A stretch of DNA of 64,000 nucleotides from a bacterium (GCA_040004575.1 JBDUAQ010000001.1:9486-73485), one strand, 5' to 3'; shown: positions 44,372-54,125, counted from the stretch's first letter. The notes: generated by a model not told the origin, from the letters alone. A program made the numbers and translations.

Positions 44372-45853
44372 GTGACTGAAGAAAATGAAGTGAAGAGTAA
44401 AGCGGCGAAGGCACTTGATTCGGCGATCGTAGCTTTTCTTTTTCTATTCGCCGCCGCGGCGCCAAACTCAATTGCCGCCACCCAAAGCGCATGGTTGATC
44501 GGGCTGACCTTGTGGCTCGCGCGTTTCGCATTCCAGCCGCGGCCTAAAGTTCACCGAACGCCGCTTGACTATTTCGTCCTCGGCTTCTTTATCCTTACCG
44601 GTCTTTCATCTTTCCTCTCCTACGAGCCGATGGTCTCGATCGGAAAGCTGCGGGCCGCAAGTCTCTTCACCATTATTTATCTGTTTGTCGAAAACGTGCC
44701 TTCACTGCGAGTTGCCCGTTGGCTCGCGGTTACGCTCATCTGCGCGTGCATGGTCAATGTTTTCTACACCGCCGGTGAGCGCCTGCTGGGGCGGGCCGTA
44801 GAAGTTCATGGCGTCTCGGAGAATAGTCCTCTCTACCAGGCCGGCATTCGCGACGGCGATACGCTGCTCGAGGTTGACGGACAGAAGCTGCGAGAGCCGC
44901 AAGAGTTGGTTAATGCACTCCTAAAACCGGACAAGAGTCCGGTCAAAGTTCTCACTTACCGTCATGAGTTGCAACCGGTCTTCAAGATTCCGCGAGGAAG
45001 CCTTTTGCCTGGTAACACTGTGCTGGAACAATTGGGCGTTGGGAGCTGGTCGCGAGGACGCGATTGGCGGGCGACTGGTTTCTATGGCCAGTTCGTAACT
45101 TACGCCGAAGTACTGCAGTTGATCATTGCGCTTGCGATGGGAATTTTTGTGAGCTTGCCGGTAAAGCGGAGTTGGGCCGGCGCCTTGTTGCTGATTGCGC
45201 TTGCCGGATTCGGCGGCGCGTTAATGTTAACTGTGACTCGCGCGTCGTGGCTGGGTTGCCTGGTATCTACTCTGATCGTTCTCCTCCTCGGTGTTCGGCG
45301 ACGCACGCTGATTCTCATGGGCGTGTTGGCGGTACCGCTGATACTGGCGGGCCTTTTCATCCTACAGCAAAAACGTAACGTTGCTTTTATCGATCAAACA
45401 GATCAATCGACCACCTGGCGCGAAACCGTGTGGCGAGAAGGTGTCAACTTATTGGTGAGCAAACCTCGCCATTTGCTGGTTGGGGTTGGCATGGACTCGA
45501 TAAAGGGGCACTGGCGCGCGTGGGGTATGTTTGACAACGGCCGCATACCCTGGGGCCACATGCATTCCAACCTGTTGCAAATCGCGCTGGAACGCGGCGT
45601 GCCCGCTCTAGTGCTCTGGCTGGCATTCCTCTTCTTTTACGCGCGAACTCTTTGGCGTTCACTGCGCAAGGGTCGGCAACTCGAGTGGATGGAACGCGGA
45701 ATTCTATTGGGAGCGTTAGGCGGACTGGTTGGGTTCTTTACGTCCGGACTGGTGCACTACAACTGGGGCGACTCGGAGGTGGTGATGGTCTTGTACATGA
45801 TTATGGGGTTAGCGTTGGCAATTCATCGCCATTCCGGATTTGCAAATCGATGA
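44372..45853 (+). CDS. O-antigen ligase/polymerase-like (Wzy_C) membrane protein with an embedded PDZ domain
   Basis: 493 aa, polytopic. Wzy_C-like TVTRASWLGCLVSTLIVLLLG. PDZ-like insert at about nt 44790-44990 (VEVHGVSENSPLYQAGIRDGDTLLEVDGQKL ... VKVLTYR). GTG start with GAAGGA Shine-Dalgarno. Confidence 0.7.
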   Translation: MTEENEVKSKAAKALDSAIVAFLFLFAAAAPNSIAATQSAWLIGLTLWLARFAFQPRPKVHRTPLDYFVLGFFILTGLSSFLSYEPMVSIGKLRAASLFTIIYLFVENVPSLRVARWLAVTLICACMVNVFYTAGERLLGRAVEVHGVSENSPLYQAGIRDGDTLLEVDGQKLREPQELVNALLKPDKSPVKVLTYRHELQPVFKIPRGSLLPGNTVLEQLGVGSWSRGRDWRATGFYGQFVTYAEVLQLIIALAMGIFVSLPVKRSWAGALLLIALAGFGGALMLTVTRASWLGCLVSTLIVLLLGVRRRTLILMGVLAVPLILAGLFILQQKRNVAFIDQTDQSTTWRETVWREGVNLLVSKPRHLLVGVGMDSIKGHWRAWGMFDNGRIPWGHMHSNLLQIALERGVPALVLWLAFLFFYARTLWRSLRKGRQLEWMERGILLGALGGLVGFFTSGLVHYNWGDSEVVMVLYMIMGLALAIHRHSGFANR

Positions 45854-45988
45854 AGCATGGCGCTTCGGCCCAGGATCTAGGTGTCTCTCAAAATCTCCCG
45901 CAACCCATCGATATCTAGCCGGACTTCTCTGAAAGCCACAGGCTGTCGTGCCTGCCACCGAGGACCCGTAGCAAAACTTGCTAACGGA

Positions 45989-46022
45989 AAAGCTTGAGTC
46001 GGGCGAACCCGACTCAAGCTTT
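45989..46022. terminator. Perfect 15-bp stem / 4-nt loop hairpin
   Basis: AAAGCTTGAGTCGGG-cgaa-CCCGACTCAAGCTTT. U-tracts are short on both strands, so the strand assignment is open. Confidence 0.5.
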
Positions 46023-46464
46023 GCCTGCTAGATGACTGGCGATCGGAAAAACGTGAGGCGCGACTCCGACGATTGGCCAAAGTAATCTCGACGTATCAAA
46101 CTTGATTAGGCGGAAGCGCCAAACCACAAGTTGAACTCGCCGGTAGAGCGTGCGACTTAGTCCGACGGGTGTATGTAACCCCTCAGAACATTTGCTTGAC
46201 TAACGGAGAACGTTAGCCCATTCGAGCTGCAGTTTGTCGAATTGTTTGGAACGATTTCCATCATGCTCACACCTTCTGCAACGGCTGTTACTTACCCGAG
46301 TCTAAAGACCTCCAGGTTCCTTTTGGCATATTGCTTGCCAACTATCATCGCGCGAGCGCTTTATTAGCGTTTTTCTCGCCAAATTGAACGATCTTTGAGG
46401 AGAAGGGACGCATATTGACTGATCTGTCCGTCGCGATGACCTAGCGGCCTTAGGAAACCAATGT

Positions 46465-46677
46465 TTACAGAATCACGCCAAGGATTCCCAAAAGGACACT
46501 GATGGGTAAACCGGTGATGTCGCCGGGCTTGCCAGTGATGTCGCCAGGCTTGCCAGTGATGTCGCCAGGCTTGGTAGTGATGCTGCCGGCCTTGCCAGTG
46601 ATATCGCCTGCCAGCGCGACCGATGACATTGCCAAGGTTAAGAGCACAGCGCAAAGGATTGATTGGATGCGTTTCAT
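46465..46677 (-). CDS. Small exported/membrane protein built of five GDITGKP-type heptad repeats
   Basis: 70 aa: MKRIQSILCAVLLTLAMSSVALA | GDITGKA GSITTKP GDITGKP GDITGKP GDITGLP | ISVLLGILGVIL. AGGAGA Shine-Dalgarno 6 nt before the ATG. Sec-type signal peptide with an ALA cleavage motif. Confidence 0.6.
   Translation of the reverse strand: MKRIQSILCAVLLTLAMSSVALAGDITGKAGSITTKPGDITGKPGDITGKPGDITGLPISVLLGILGVIL
46511..46615. repeat. Tandem 21-bp repeat x5 (coding repeat of the heptad peptide)
   Basis: Units begin at 46511, 46532, 46553, 46574 and 46595. Units 2 and 3 are identical (CCAGTGATGTCGCCAGGCTTG), and unit 1 differs from them at 2 positions. Confidence 0.9.
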
Positions 46678-46795
46678 TTTAATTCTCCTGGTTACGGGCG
46701 ATTAACTGAAATGGTTCGCTAGAATGGGGGTCTGCCACTTTCGGATGTCAACTCTCGTTCTAGCACCAATTATCAACTTGTTCGTCCCTCCCTAT

Positions 46796-46811
46796 TTCAA
46801 GGCTTGTGCCA
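46796..46811 (-). promoter_or_regulatory. Sigma-54-like promoter candidate upstream of the heptad-repeat peptide gene
   Basis: The minus strand reads TGGCAC-AAGCC-TTGAA. The -24 box and spacing are perfect; the -12 box has A instead of the conserved C. It lies about 120 nt upstream of the ATG at 46677. Confidence 0.4.
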
Positions 46812-47171
46812 CGAGAGCATCGGGTCTTGTAGAACCTGTTAAGTAACTGAAGCATCGCAAGTTACGCGGTCGTTCTGGTCGAGAAGAGACCCTAGACCCA
46901 TAACACGGAAAACTGGATAGCAGGTATGCAGACAAGGCGCAAACCAAACTGCAAATGCACGAAAGCCCCGCAAAAGTCCAGATTCTATAAGGCACGGGTT
47001 GCTGTTACCGCAGTATGCAGGTGTATACCTGATAGCCAACCCTCTTTTGAATCCCTGGCGAATCTGAAAATCTCTGCGGTAAATCACCCTGATTAGCTAA
47101 TCGTTGCCGCCACCTTAAAGTTCTTGAATAAAAAGAACAGTCCCAAGCCACGCTAAACAAACTAGATCGCA

Positions 47172-49610
47172 ATGCGACTGATACAAGCGAACTCACTTCC
47201 GCACATCGAAAACTCGCGAGCGACACTCAGCGAGCAAGTGCTGCAGTGTTGTAACACCGCCCGTGAAAAGCTTGAGGTAGGCGACTATGATGCGGGGTGC
47301 GCGGCGCTTCATCCCTGGTGGACGGTCGGAGAATGGCCCAAGCAAACTGGCCTCAGCCAAGTGGCCGCTGCGGAACTACTACTCAGCGCTGGAACTTTAA
47401 ACGGGTGGGTCGCCAGCACGAGGCAAACTGCCGGCGGACAAAAATCCGCTGAACGACTGTTGAGCGGAGCAATTGCCTTGTTCGATCACTCAGGCGCGAC
47501 GATTCGTTCCGCCGAAGGTCGTGTCGAACTTGGTTTCTGCTATTACCGCCAGGGATTGTTCGACCTTGCACGTAAGACGCTACGCTCGTCGCTGAATGAT
47601 CTCACCGCCGAGGAGATTGAACTGAAGGCGATAGCCGCGATCCGTCTCGCCTCAGTCGAGCGTCATGCCAGTCGACTACATGATGCCCTTAGCCTGCTGA
47701 ATGAATTGGCACGCAGTAGTGATTCGCTAAGTCCTTGGACCAAGGGACGATTTCATCTTGAGTTTGCAACCACATTGAAGAATCTCGGTATTGCCGAGGG
47801 CCGCGATGGATATTACGACCGAGCCCTGGGCCACTATCAGGATGCCCTCGAACATTTTGAGAAAATCGGTAACCGTCGTTATACGGCGATCGTTGAAAAC
47901 AATCACGGCCATTTGCTTTCAGCCTTGAATAGATTTGAGGAAGCACAACGCCACTTGGGGCGGGCACGCAAGCTTTTCGATGAACTCGGCGATAGCGTAA
48001 GACGGGCGCAGGTCGATGAAACTTTGGCGCAACTCTATTTGGGTTCCAAGCAATATGAAATGGCATTGCGGTCTGTTTGTCGTGCCGTTGAGACTATGGA
48101 AACAACCGGGGAAGAAGCCTTGCTCGCCGAAGCCTTAACTACGCACGGGCTCGTGCTCTGCAGGTTGGGCCGGCGCCATGAAGCAAAGCCTATTCTGGAA
48201 AGGGCCACACGGGTAGCGGAGCGTTGCGGGGACCACGATGGGGCCGGGAAGCCGCTATTGATTTTGATCGAGGAGATGTGCGAGCACTTAGGGGAAGACG
48301 AGCGCCATGAGCTTGGTGCGCATGCCAGCCAGTTGCTTGCAAACTCCCAGCAAGCCCCCACCCTTATGCGATTGAGAAACTGCCTCGAGCGGATTGCTGC
48401 GGCGCAGGCCGAGCAAGAAGAACTACGCGAGCGAGCTAGTCACGCGGAGAAGATGGCCGCGTTGGGGGAACTGTCCTTTGGTGTGGCCCACAACGTCAAC
48501 AACACGCTGACCGGGATTTTGGGTCGCGCGCAGTTGTTGTTACGAACAAAGGACGCGGAAAAAATCAGCTCTGGCATTGAAATGATCATCAAGGGCGCGG
48601 AGGACGGTGCGCACATTATCCGCCGCATTCAGGACTTCGCCCGCAGGCAGCCGAGCCGCAAGTTCCAGGCGGTTTCCGTGGCGGGGTTGATGAAAGATGT
48701 TTGCGAAATGAGCCGGCCGCGCTGGGAAGGACGCGGCGGTCTTCCGCCAATTCGTCTGGCGCTGGTCACTGACTGCACCGCCTCAGTAATGGGTGATGCG
48801 GTAGAGCTGCGAGAAGTGCTGGTGAATATGATTTACAACGCAATCGATGCGATGCCGACAGGCGGCGAGATTCGCCTGAGTTCGCATGAAACGAACGGGC
48901 GCGTTGTCTTGACCGTCGCCGACAATGGCATTGGCATGACGCCGGAAGTTAAGTCGCGACTGTTTGATCCTTTCTTCACTACCAAAGGCAAGGGCGGCAC
49001 CGGGATGGGAATGGCGGTGAGCTTTGGCATCATTCGAAGACACGTCGGTTCTATTGAAGTCGAAAGCGAACCAGGCCGTGGCACTACTTTCCGCATCTCG
49101 CTCCCTATCGCCGAAAATGCCGGCCTCGACCCAGAGACCGAGTCGACGCGACTCGAAGCTTTAGCTGGAGTGGAGAGGATACGAGTGCTTGTCGTTGATG
49201 ATGAAACGGCAGTTCGAGAAGTGCTTCGCGAGGCGCTGGAAGCGGAAGGCTGTGAAGTACTCGTAGCCGAGAGTGGCGAGATGGCCCTGAGAATTTATGA
49301 TGCCCGGGCCGGTAGACTCGACGTAGTTTTCACTGATATTGGCATGCCAGATATGAGCGGCTGGGAACTCGCGAGCGAAATCCGTAAACGATCAGAAACG
49401 ATACCGTTAGCGATTGTAAGTGGCTGGGCAGACGCGATCAGTTGCGACGCCCGGCAGGCAATCAAAGCCGATTGGGTAGTTTCCAAGCCTTTTGATATTT
49501 CTACAATCGCCGGGATTGCGAATGAAGTCGCGACCCGAAGAAACGGCGTGACGAATATCAGACGTGAAATGGCTAACAAGGACGTACGTGCGCTCCTGGG
49601 TATTACTTAA
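47172..49610 (+). CDS. Soluble hybrid sensor histidine kinase/response regulator with N-terminal TPR array
   Basis: 812 aa with no TM segment. TPR-like repeats over about 400 aa, H-box ELSFGVAHNVNNTLTGILG, N/G boxes (NMIYNAIDAM, DNGIGM, GTGMGMAV), and a C-terminal receiver RVLVVDDE ... DVVFTDIGMPDMSG. Confidence 0.85.
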   Translation: MRLIQANSLPHIENSRATLSEQVLQCCNTAREKLEVGDYDAGCAALHPWWTVGEWPKQTGLSQVAAAELLLSAGTLNGWVASTRQTAGGQKSAERLLSGAIALFDHSGATIRSAEGRVELGFCYYRQGLFDLARKTLRSSLNDLTAEEIELKAIAAIRLASVERHASRLHDALSLLNELARSSDSLSPWTKGRFHLEFATTLKNLGIAEGRDGYYDRALGHYQDALEHFEKIGNRRYTAIVENNHGHLLSALNRFEEAQRHLGRARKLFDELGDSVRRAQVDETLAQLYLGSKQYEMALRSVCRAVETMETTGEEALLAEALTTHGLVLCRLGRRHEAKPILERATRVAERCGDHDGAGKPLLILIEEMCEHLGEDERHELGAHASQLLANSQQAPTLMRLRNCLERIAAAQAEQEELRERASHAEKMAALGELSFGVAHNVNNTLTGILGRAQLLLRTKDAEKISSGIEMIIKGAEDGAHIIRRIQDFARRQPSRKFQAVSVAGLMKDVCEMSRPRWEGRGGLPPIRLALVTDCTASVMGDAVELREVLVNMIYNAIDAMPTGGEIRLSSHETNGRVVLTVADNGIGMTPEVKSRLFDPFFTTKGKGGTGMGMAVSFGIIRRHVGSIEVESEPGRGTTFRISLPIAENAGLDPETESTRLEALAGVERIRVLVVDDETAVREVLREALEAEGCEVLVAESGEMALRIYDARAGRLDVVFTDIGMPDMSGWELASEIRKRSETIPLAIVSGWADAISCDARQAIKADWVVSKPFDISTIAGIANEVATRRNGVTNIRREMANKDVRALLGIT

Positions 49611-49612
49611 CC

Positions 49613-52600
49613 TTAGGCGCTCGCGCTTAGTTGATAACGCTCGAGCTTGAGATAGAGGCCGCGCCTGGTGAGTCCGAGTTCGCGAGCAGCGCGCGAAATA
49701 TTACCGCTGTGCTTACGCAGGGCGTCAGCGATCATACGGCGCTCCACGTCAGCAAGGGCGTCAGCCAGGGTGATGTTTTGCAAGGAACTGACCGGCATTG
49801 AAGCCAATGTCGAGGCTGGCGAGCTGGGTGTTGCCGGCGCAGAAGTGCGCTTTAATTCCGGAGAAAGGTGGTCCGGAGTTATCACCGTTGCATCTTCGGC
49901 GCGAGCCACTACTCGTTGAATCTCATTACAGAGTTGCCGCACGTTACCCGGCCAGTCGCTCACCATTAACAAGTCAACCGCCGGCGGGGTGATTTGAATA
50001 TCCCGGCGGCCGAACTTTGCCGAGTAGTGGTTAATGTAGTAGTTAACGATCGTCGGAATCTCCGACCGCCGCTCACGCAACGGAGGCACGCGCAGACGGA
50101 TCACGTTGAGGCGATAATAAAGATCTTCTCTAAACTTACCCTGCGCGACCATCTCTTCCAGATCAGTGTTTGTAGCCGCAATGATTCGCACGTCGACCTT
50201 CATTGGGCGCTGTTCCCCGAGCGGTTGAATCTCACCTTCCTGCAGGAAGCGCAGCAGCTTTGGTTGCAGATCAAGCGGCAGGTCTCCAATTTCGTCGAGA
50301 AATAGCGTGCCGCCCGCGGCAGTGCGAATCACTCCGGCGGAATCTGTCACCGCGCCCGTAAACGCTCCGCGGCGGTAACCGAACAGGTACCCTTCAGAAA
50401 GCTCTTTGGGAACCGCAGTGCAGTTAAACGGAACGAAAACTTTCGAACGACGAGTCGAGAGCGCGTGTATAGCGCGCGCTACTAACTCCTTGCCGGTTCC
50501 AGATTCTCCCGTGACGAGGACAGTCACGTCCGAAGATCTAATCTTATGAACTTCTTCGACGAGTTTTGTCATCGCCGGGCTGGAGTGAATAAAGCCGGGC
50601 ATGAGACTGGTGCCGGCGAGTTCAGCTGGTTGCTGAACTCGCGAGCCTTTCTGAGAACCGGTTCGCAGGGCGCAGACGTCCATACCAAGTTCTGCCACGC
50701 GCATTAGCGGTGCGAGCGAAAGTCCGCCCGGCAGATTGGCCCGGCTGCTGGGCGAGATATAGAGCGTCGCTGGCGGAGCATGAGATGAGCGAAGCTGGAG
50801 AATAGCCGCGTCGTGCTTTTTTGCGTAAGCAGCTTGTGATTCGTCATCGATCAACTGATCCATCTGTTCGGCAATCTTTGCGCTTTCAGCCGGTGTGCAA
50901 CCATGGGCGATGACTACACGTCTTCGATTGTGTTCGCCCAGTTCGGTAATGACCACGGATTTTGCATTCGTTTCCTGCCGCATGATTGCCGCGAGCTCTC
51001 GCAACAAAAGTTCGCGGGAGGTTACCGCTTCGGCGAGCCGGAGGGTAAGCAACTGAGGCAGGGCTGACTGCTCCTCGTTTCTTTCGGGCGCCGTACGATC
51101 GAGGTTCGCCAGAGCGGCCTCGGCTCGCTTCTGCTCAAGCTTAGCTCCCAGCTCGCGAAACGCGTTGACGGCGCGCGAGAGATGTTCCGTGGCCCGGCTT
51201 GGCTGGCGGGAAGCGTAGGCGCGTCCCAATTCGCTATGAGCGCGCGCGGCGCGATAACGATCGCCGAGCATGTCAAAAATTGAAACGCTGCTGCCGAAGT
51301 GTTGGGCTGCCGAGGGGAAGTCAGACTGCATTGCTGCCAGCATGCCCATGAGTCTTTGCGACTCGCCGGCAAAACTCAGGTCCGTAGTCGAGTCGGTTGT
51401 TTCCTCCGCTACCTTGTCTAACTGCGCTGCGCATTTTTCCGGCTCGCCGGTTTGCAGATGCGCTTCCGCCAAAATCAAGCGCGACTCGCATATTGCCTGA
51501 CGATCACCGATGACTTTGGCGGCCGCAAGCGCCTCTGCTCCTTTTGACAAAGCCTTTGCGTGGTCTTCCATGGCGAGATAGCAGCGTGCCAGGGTTCTGA
51601 GCGCCTGACCCGCATACCATTTATTGCCATCCTCAGTGGCGAGCCCGACAGCGCGTTCGAGATAGTCCTTGGCTTCATCAAGCTCTCCGCGCAACATCAG
51701 TAATTCGCCGAGCGAGTCCAGAATCATCGGCACTTTTTCGGCGCGTTCGTCCGCTTCGGTTGCCAACGACAGGGCGCGCTCCAGGGCTTCCTGAGCGCGA
51801 CCCCATTGGCCCATCAAAATCAGATTAATGCCGAGGTTGTTGTACCCATTTGCGGCATTGCCTTTATGGTCGGTGCGTTCGTAGTAGGAGATCGCCTTCT
51901 CAAGATAGCGGATCCCTTCCTGCGGACGTTTTAGAAACCAGCAGGCGCCCGCCATGTTGGCGTAGATTTTTCCCAGGGTGTAACTCGCCGGATGATCGCC
52001 AATGAGTTTAAGGGCCTGCTGTAGATTCTCGAGGCTGGCTTCGTAATCGCCTTCCTGCAGATCGGCCAACGCAATCCCAAAATATGCTTCGGCCAGGCCA
52101 CGCCATTCACCAGTTTGCCGGAAATGATCCAACGCCCGCTGGGCGTAGTCGCGAGCAATCGGATATTCAGTGATGCTGCGATATACGCGCGCCAGAGCTG
52201 CATAGATCGGGCCATTGTTCTGTTCCGCGTCAGTCTCCGAAAACTCTCGCAACGCGCCCTTAAGAATCGAAATAGCCTTGGGATGATCGCCGTCGTAGTT
52301 GTAGGCAAGCCCAATCTGGACCTTGAGCGATTGAATGGCCTGTAGGTCAAGTTTTGCACGTGATTCGGGCGATTCGTACATCGCCACCGCAGCCAGTGAT
52401 TCGCGATACTGACCTTGCATTTCGAGCGCCGTGGACAGAGCACATCGTGCAAGAGCGAGAATGGAAGGATTGTTTTTTGCCGCCGCGATCAATAGCGCTA
52501 TTCGAGACTTGGCTTCCGCAGAGAGACCCTGGTCGAGAAGGGAGCGAACTTCGTCCAACTCTTGCAGTAGGTTTTGTTGCGAAGGACGAGCTCGGGAGTT

Positions 52601-52699
52601 CAGACGCACGCGTGCGTCTGCGAGATCGACCACGCCCTTGCCGCTTGAGGATTCATTTGGCGGCGGGCTATCAGCCTTGGAGCCTGCGTTCTTAGTCAT
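49613..52699 (-). CDS. Sigma-54-dependent transcriptional activator (bEBP) with a long N-terminal TPR array and no receiver domain
   Basis: 1028 aa. About 600 aa of TPR repeats, a GAF-like linker, AAA+ Walker [13 protein letters not shown], the sigma-54 contact motif GAFTGA, and a C-terminal Fis-type [25 protein letters not shown]. Confidence 0.85.
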   Translation of the reverse strand: MTKNAGSKADSPPPNESSSGKGVVDLADARVRLNSRARPSQQNLLQELDEVRSLLDQGLSAEAKSRIALLIAAAKNNPSILALARCALSTALEMQGQYRESLAAVAMYESPESRAKLDLQAIQSLKVQIGLAYNYDGDHPKAISILKGALREFSETDAEQNNGPIYAALARVYRSITEYPIARDYAQRALDHFRQTGEWRGLAEAYFGIALADLQEGDYEASLENLQQALKLIGDHPASYTLGKIYANMAGACWFLKRPQEGIRYLEKAISYYERTDHKGNAANGYNNLGINLILMGQWGRAQEALERALSLATEADERAEKVPMILDSLGELLMLRGELDEAKDYLERAVGLATEDGNKWYAGQALRTLARCYLAMEDHAKALSKGAEALAAAKVIGDRQAICESRLILAEAHLQTGEPEKCAAQLDKVAEETTDSTTDLSFAGESQRLMGMLAAMQSDFPSAAQHFGSSVSIFDMLGDRYRAARAHSELGRAYASRQPSRATEHLSRAVNAFRELGAKLEQKRAEAALANLDRTAPERNEEQSALPQLLTLRLAEAVTSRELLLRELAAIMRQETNAKSVVITELGEHNRRRVVIAHGCTPAESAKIAEQMDQLIDDESQAAYAKKHDAAILQLRSSHAPPATLYISPSSRANLPGGLSLAPLMRVAELGMDVCALRTGSQKGSRVQQPAELAGTSLMPGFIHSSPAMTKLVEEVHKIRSSDVTVLVTGESGTGKELVARAIHALSTRRSKVFVPFNCTAVPKELSEGYLFGYRRGAFTGAVTDSAGVIRTAAGGTLFLDEIGDLPLDLQPKLLRFLQEGEIQPLGEQRPMKVDVRIIAATNTDLEEMVAQGKFREDLYYRLNVIRLRVPPLRERRSEIPTIVNYYINHYSAKFGRRDIQITPPAVDLLMVSDWPGNVRQLCNEIQRVVARAEDATVITPDHLSPELKRTSAPATPSSPASTLASMPVSSLQNITLADALADVERRMIADALRKHSGNISRAARELGLTRRGLYLKLERYQLSASA

Positions 52700-52868
52700 G
52701 TAGTTCTTTAGAAACGCCTAATTGCATTCGTATTTCATTGCACACTTCGATTTGTAGCAAGCGGTAGGTTGGGGTGCGTCAGCTTCTCCCACGAAGCTGC
52801 GCGGCAATGCAATAACGAACAGTCTAGAATTTAACACATGCCAACACAGGCGTCCACAATGCTTTCTG

Positions 52869-54125
52869 TCAGTTTGGCTTAGGAAAAACCAATATTGCAT
52901 CGCTAACAGGACGCTCGCCTGTTTGGTCTGAGGGTTTGTTTACAACCTTGTTGTGAATGACCATTGTGGTTGAGCCGCCTCCGTCCAGGTTCATTGCCTC
53001 AACAGCCCCAAACTCCAGCAGAAGATCGGCAAGCATCGGCAAAGACATGCCAATACTTTCACCGGGTTGACGTCCGTCGATGGTGACGAGCAGAAGTTTT
53101 CCGGACGCCAACTTTGCAATGGCTGTCCTGGGATGACCGTCGTTCACGAAAGCGGGAGTGATTTGTTCCTGGAGGTTTGTGATCGCGACCTTCCCAGCTT
53201 TAATAAGTTGCGGTCCGGCGCCGAGGATTGTGGAGGCGCCTTGCCATTTCTTGTCGTCACCGGGTTCGATGGAATTTAGGTGCCAGGAAAAATTTATCCT
53301 GGAGCCTGGATGGATGTGTTGTTTTACCCAGTCGCGCGATTTCCCGACAGCAGAGATTACGTATCCATCGGCGGGAATTTGGCTGCTGCCTCTTAGATCA
53401 CGAATCGTCGCAACTTTGCCTCTTCGTACGATCACCTCGATCACTTCCGGCCCAGTCAATGTGGTGCGATGAAACTCGGGCGTAAAGAGAACCATTTCGC
53501 CGGCTGACACCGGTCGGTTCAGACCTTTCACATCACGTTCAAGTGAGTTGACCGAGATTTGGCCCTGAAATTTCAGATGACCAAAAACTACTTCAGTCGT
53601 GGCGCCCTTGTTGATTAGTCCAAACTCCTCGCGATCGTTATGAGGTTCGCTGATCAACTTGCCATCAAGGAGCAGTAATCCGACACACTCCCCGCGATAG
53701 GTTCCATTTACCAGAAAGTAGCCGCCGTTTGTCGCCGCCGCCGCGCCATACCTCGCTGCCAGAGAACTGACTGTTTCCAAACCAACACCCTCATCGAGCG
53801 CGTGCACAACTCTCAGCGTTGCGCGTGTCAGGTCAATCCTAAGAGCGTTTATGAACCAGGGGCCAGTTCGCTCGTCTTTTGTTAACTGGCCGGCGGACGT
53901 TTGACCATATTCAATTCCGGGTTCAACCTCCTGGAACTTCAGTGATTCCGTGAATCGGACGCTGGATGTTTGCCCTTGCGCTATCCTCGCCGGTGATTGC
54001 CACCCGCCCGACGTCGATAGCAAGATTAGGAGCAGCCAGGCTAGTCTCTGGAAATAGCTCGGAGTCGGAGAATTGGGGGATTGTGATCGCTGAACGGTTC
54101 TCAATTGAAGGCCTCCTCCGAACAA
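52869..54125 (-). CDS. Phosphodiester glycosidase family protein (NAGPA/DUF2233-like), exported
   Basis: 418 aa with an N-terminal TM/signal. C-terminal signature PRTAIAKLASGKLLLVTIDGRQPGESIGMSLPMLADLLLEFGAVEAMNLDGGGSTTM. TTG start. Confidence 0.75.
   Translation of the reverse strand: MFGGGLQLRTVQRSQSPNSPTPSYFQRLAWLLLILLSTSGGWQSPARIAQGQTSSVRFTESLKFQEVEPGIEYGQTSAGQLTKDERTGPWFINALRIDLTRATLRVVHALDEGVGLETVSSLAARYGAAAATNGGYFLVNGTYRGECVGLLLLDGKLISEPHNDREEFGLINKGATTEVVFGHLKFQGQISVNSLERDVKGLNRPVSAGEMVLFTPEFHRTTLTGPEVIEVIVRRGKVATIRDLRGSSQIPADGYVISAVGKSRDWVKQHIHPGSRINFSWHLNSIEPGDDKKWQGASTILGAGPQLIKAGKVAITNLQEQITPAFVNDGHPRTAIAKLASGKLLLVTIDGRQPGESIGMSLPMLADLLLEFGAVEAMNLDGGGSTTMVIHNKVVNKPSDQTGERPVSDAILVFPKPN

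Noticed and set aside
45877-46080. 67-aa minus-strand ORF in the gene-poor island
   Set aside because: It reads straight through the perfect 15-bp hairpin at 45989-46022 and is Arg/Ser-rich low complexity. It is most likely non-coding.
46511-46615. Regularly spaced 21-bp repeats that could be mistaken for a short CRISPR array
   Set aside because: The units are contiguous with no spacers, sit in-frame inside an ORF that has a strong Shine-Dalgarno and a signal peptide, and no cas genes are nearby. This is a coding tandem repeat.
46502-46705. Plus-strand ORF through the same repeat (MGKPVMSPGLPVMSPGL...)
   Set aside because: It has a weaker ribosome-binding context and no signal-like features, and it runs out of the repeat into the promoter side of the opposite gene. 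The minus-strand frame has a canonical signal peptide, a Shine-Dalgarno and an upstream promoter-like element. It still needs experimental confirmation.
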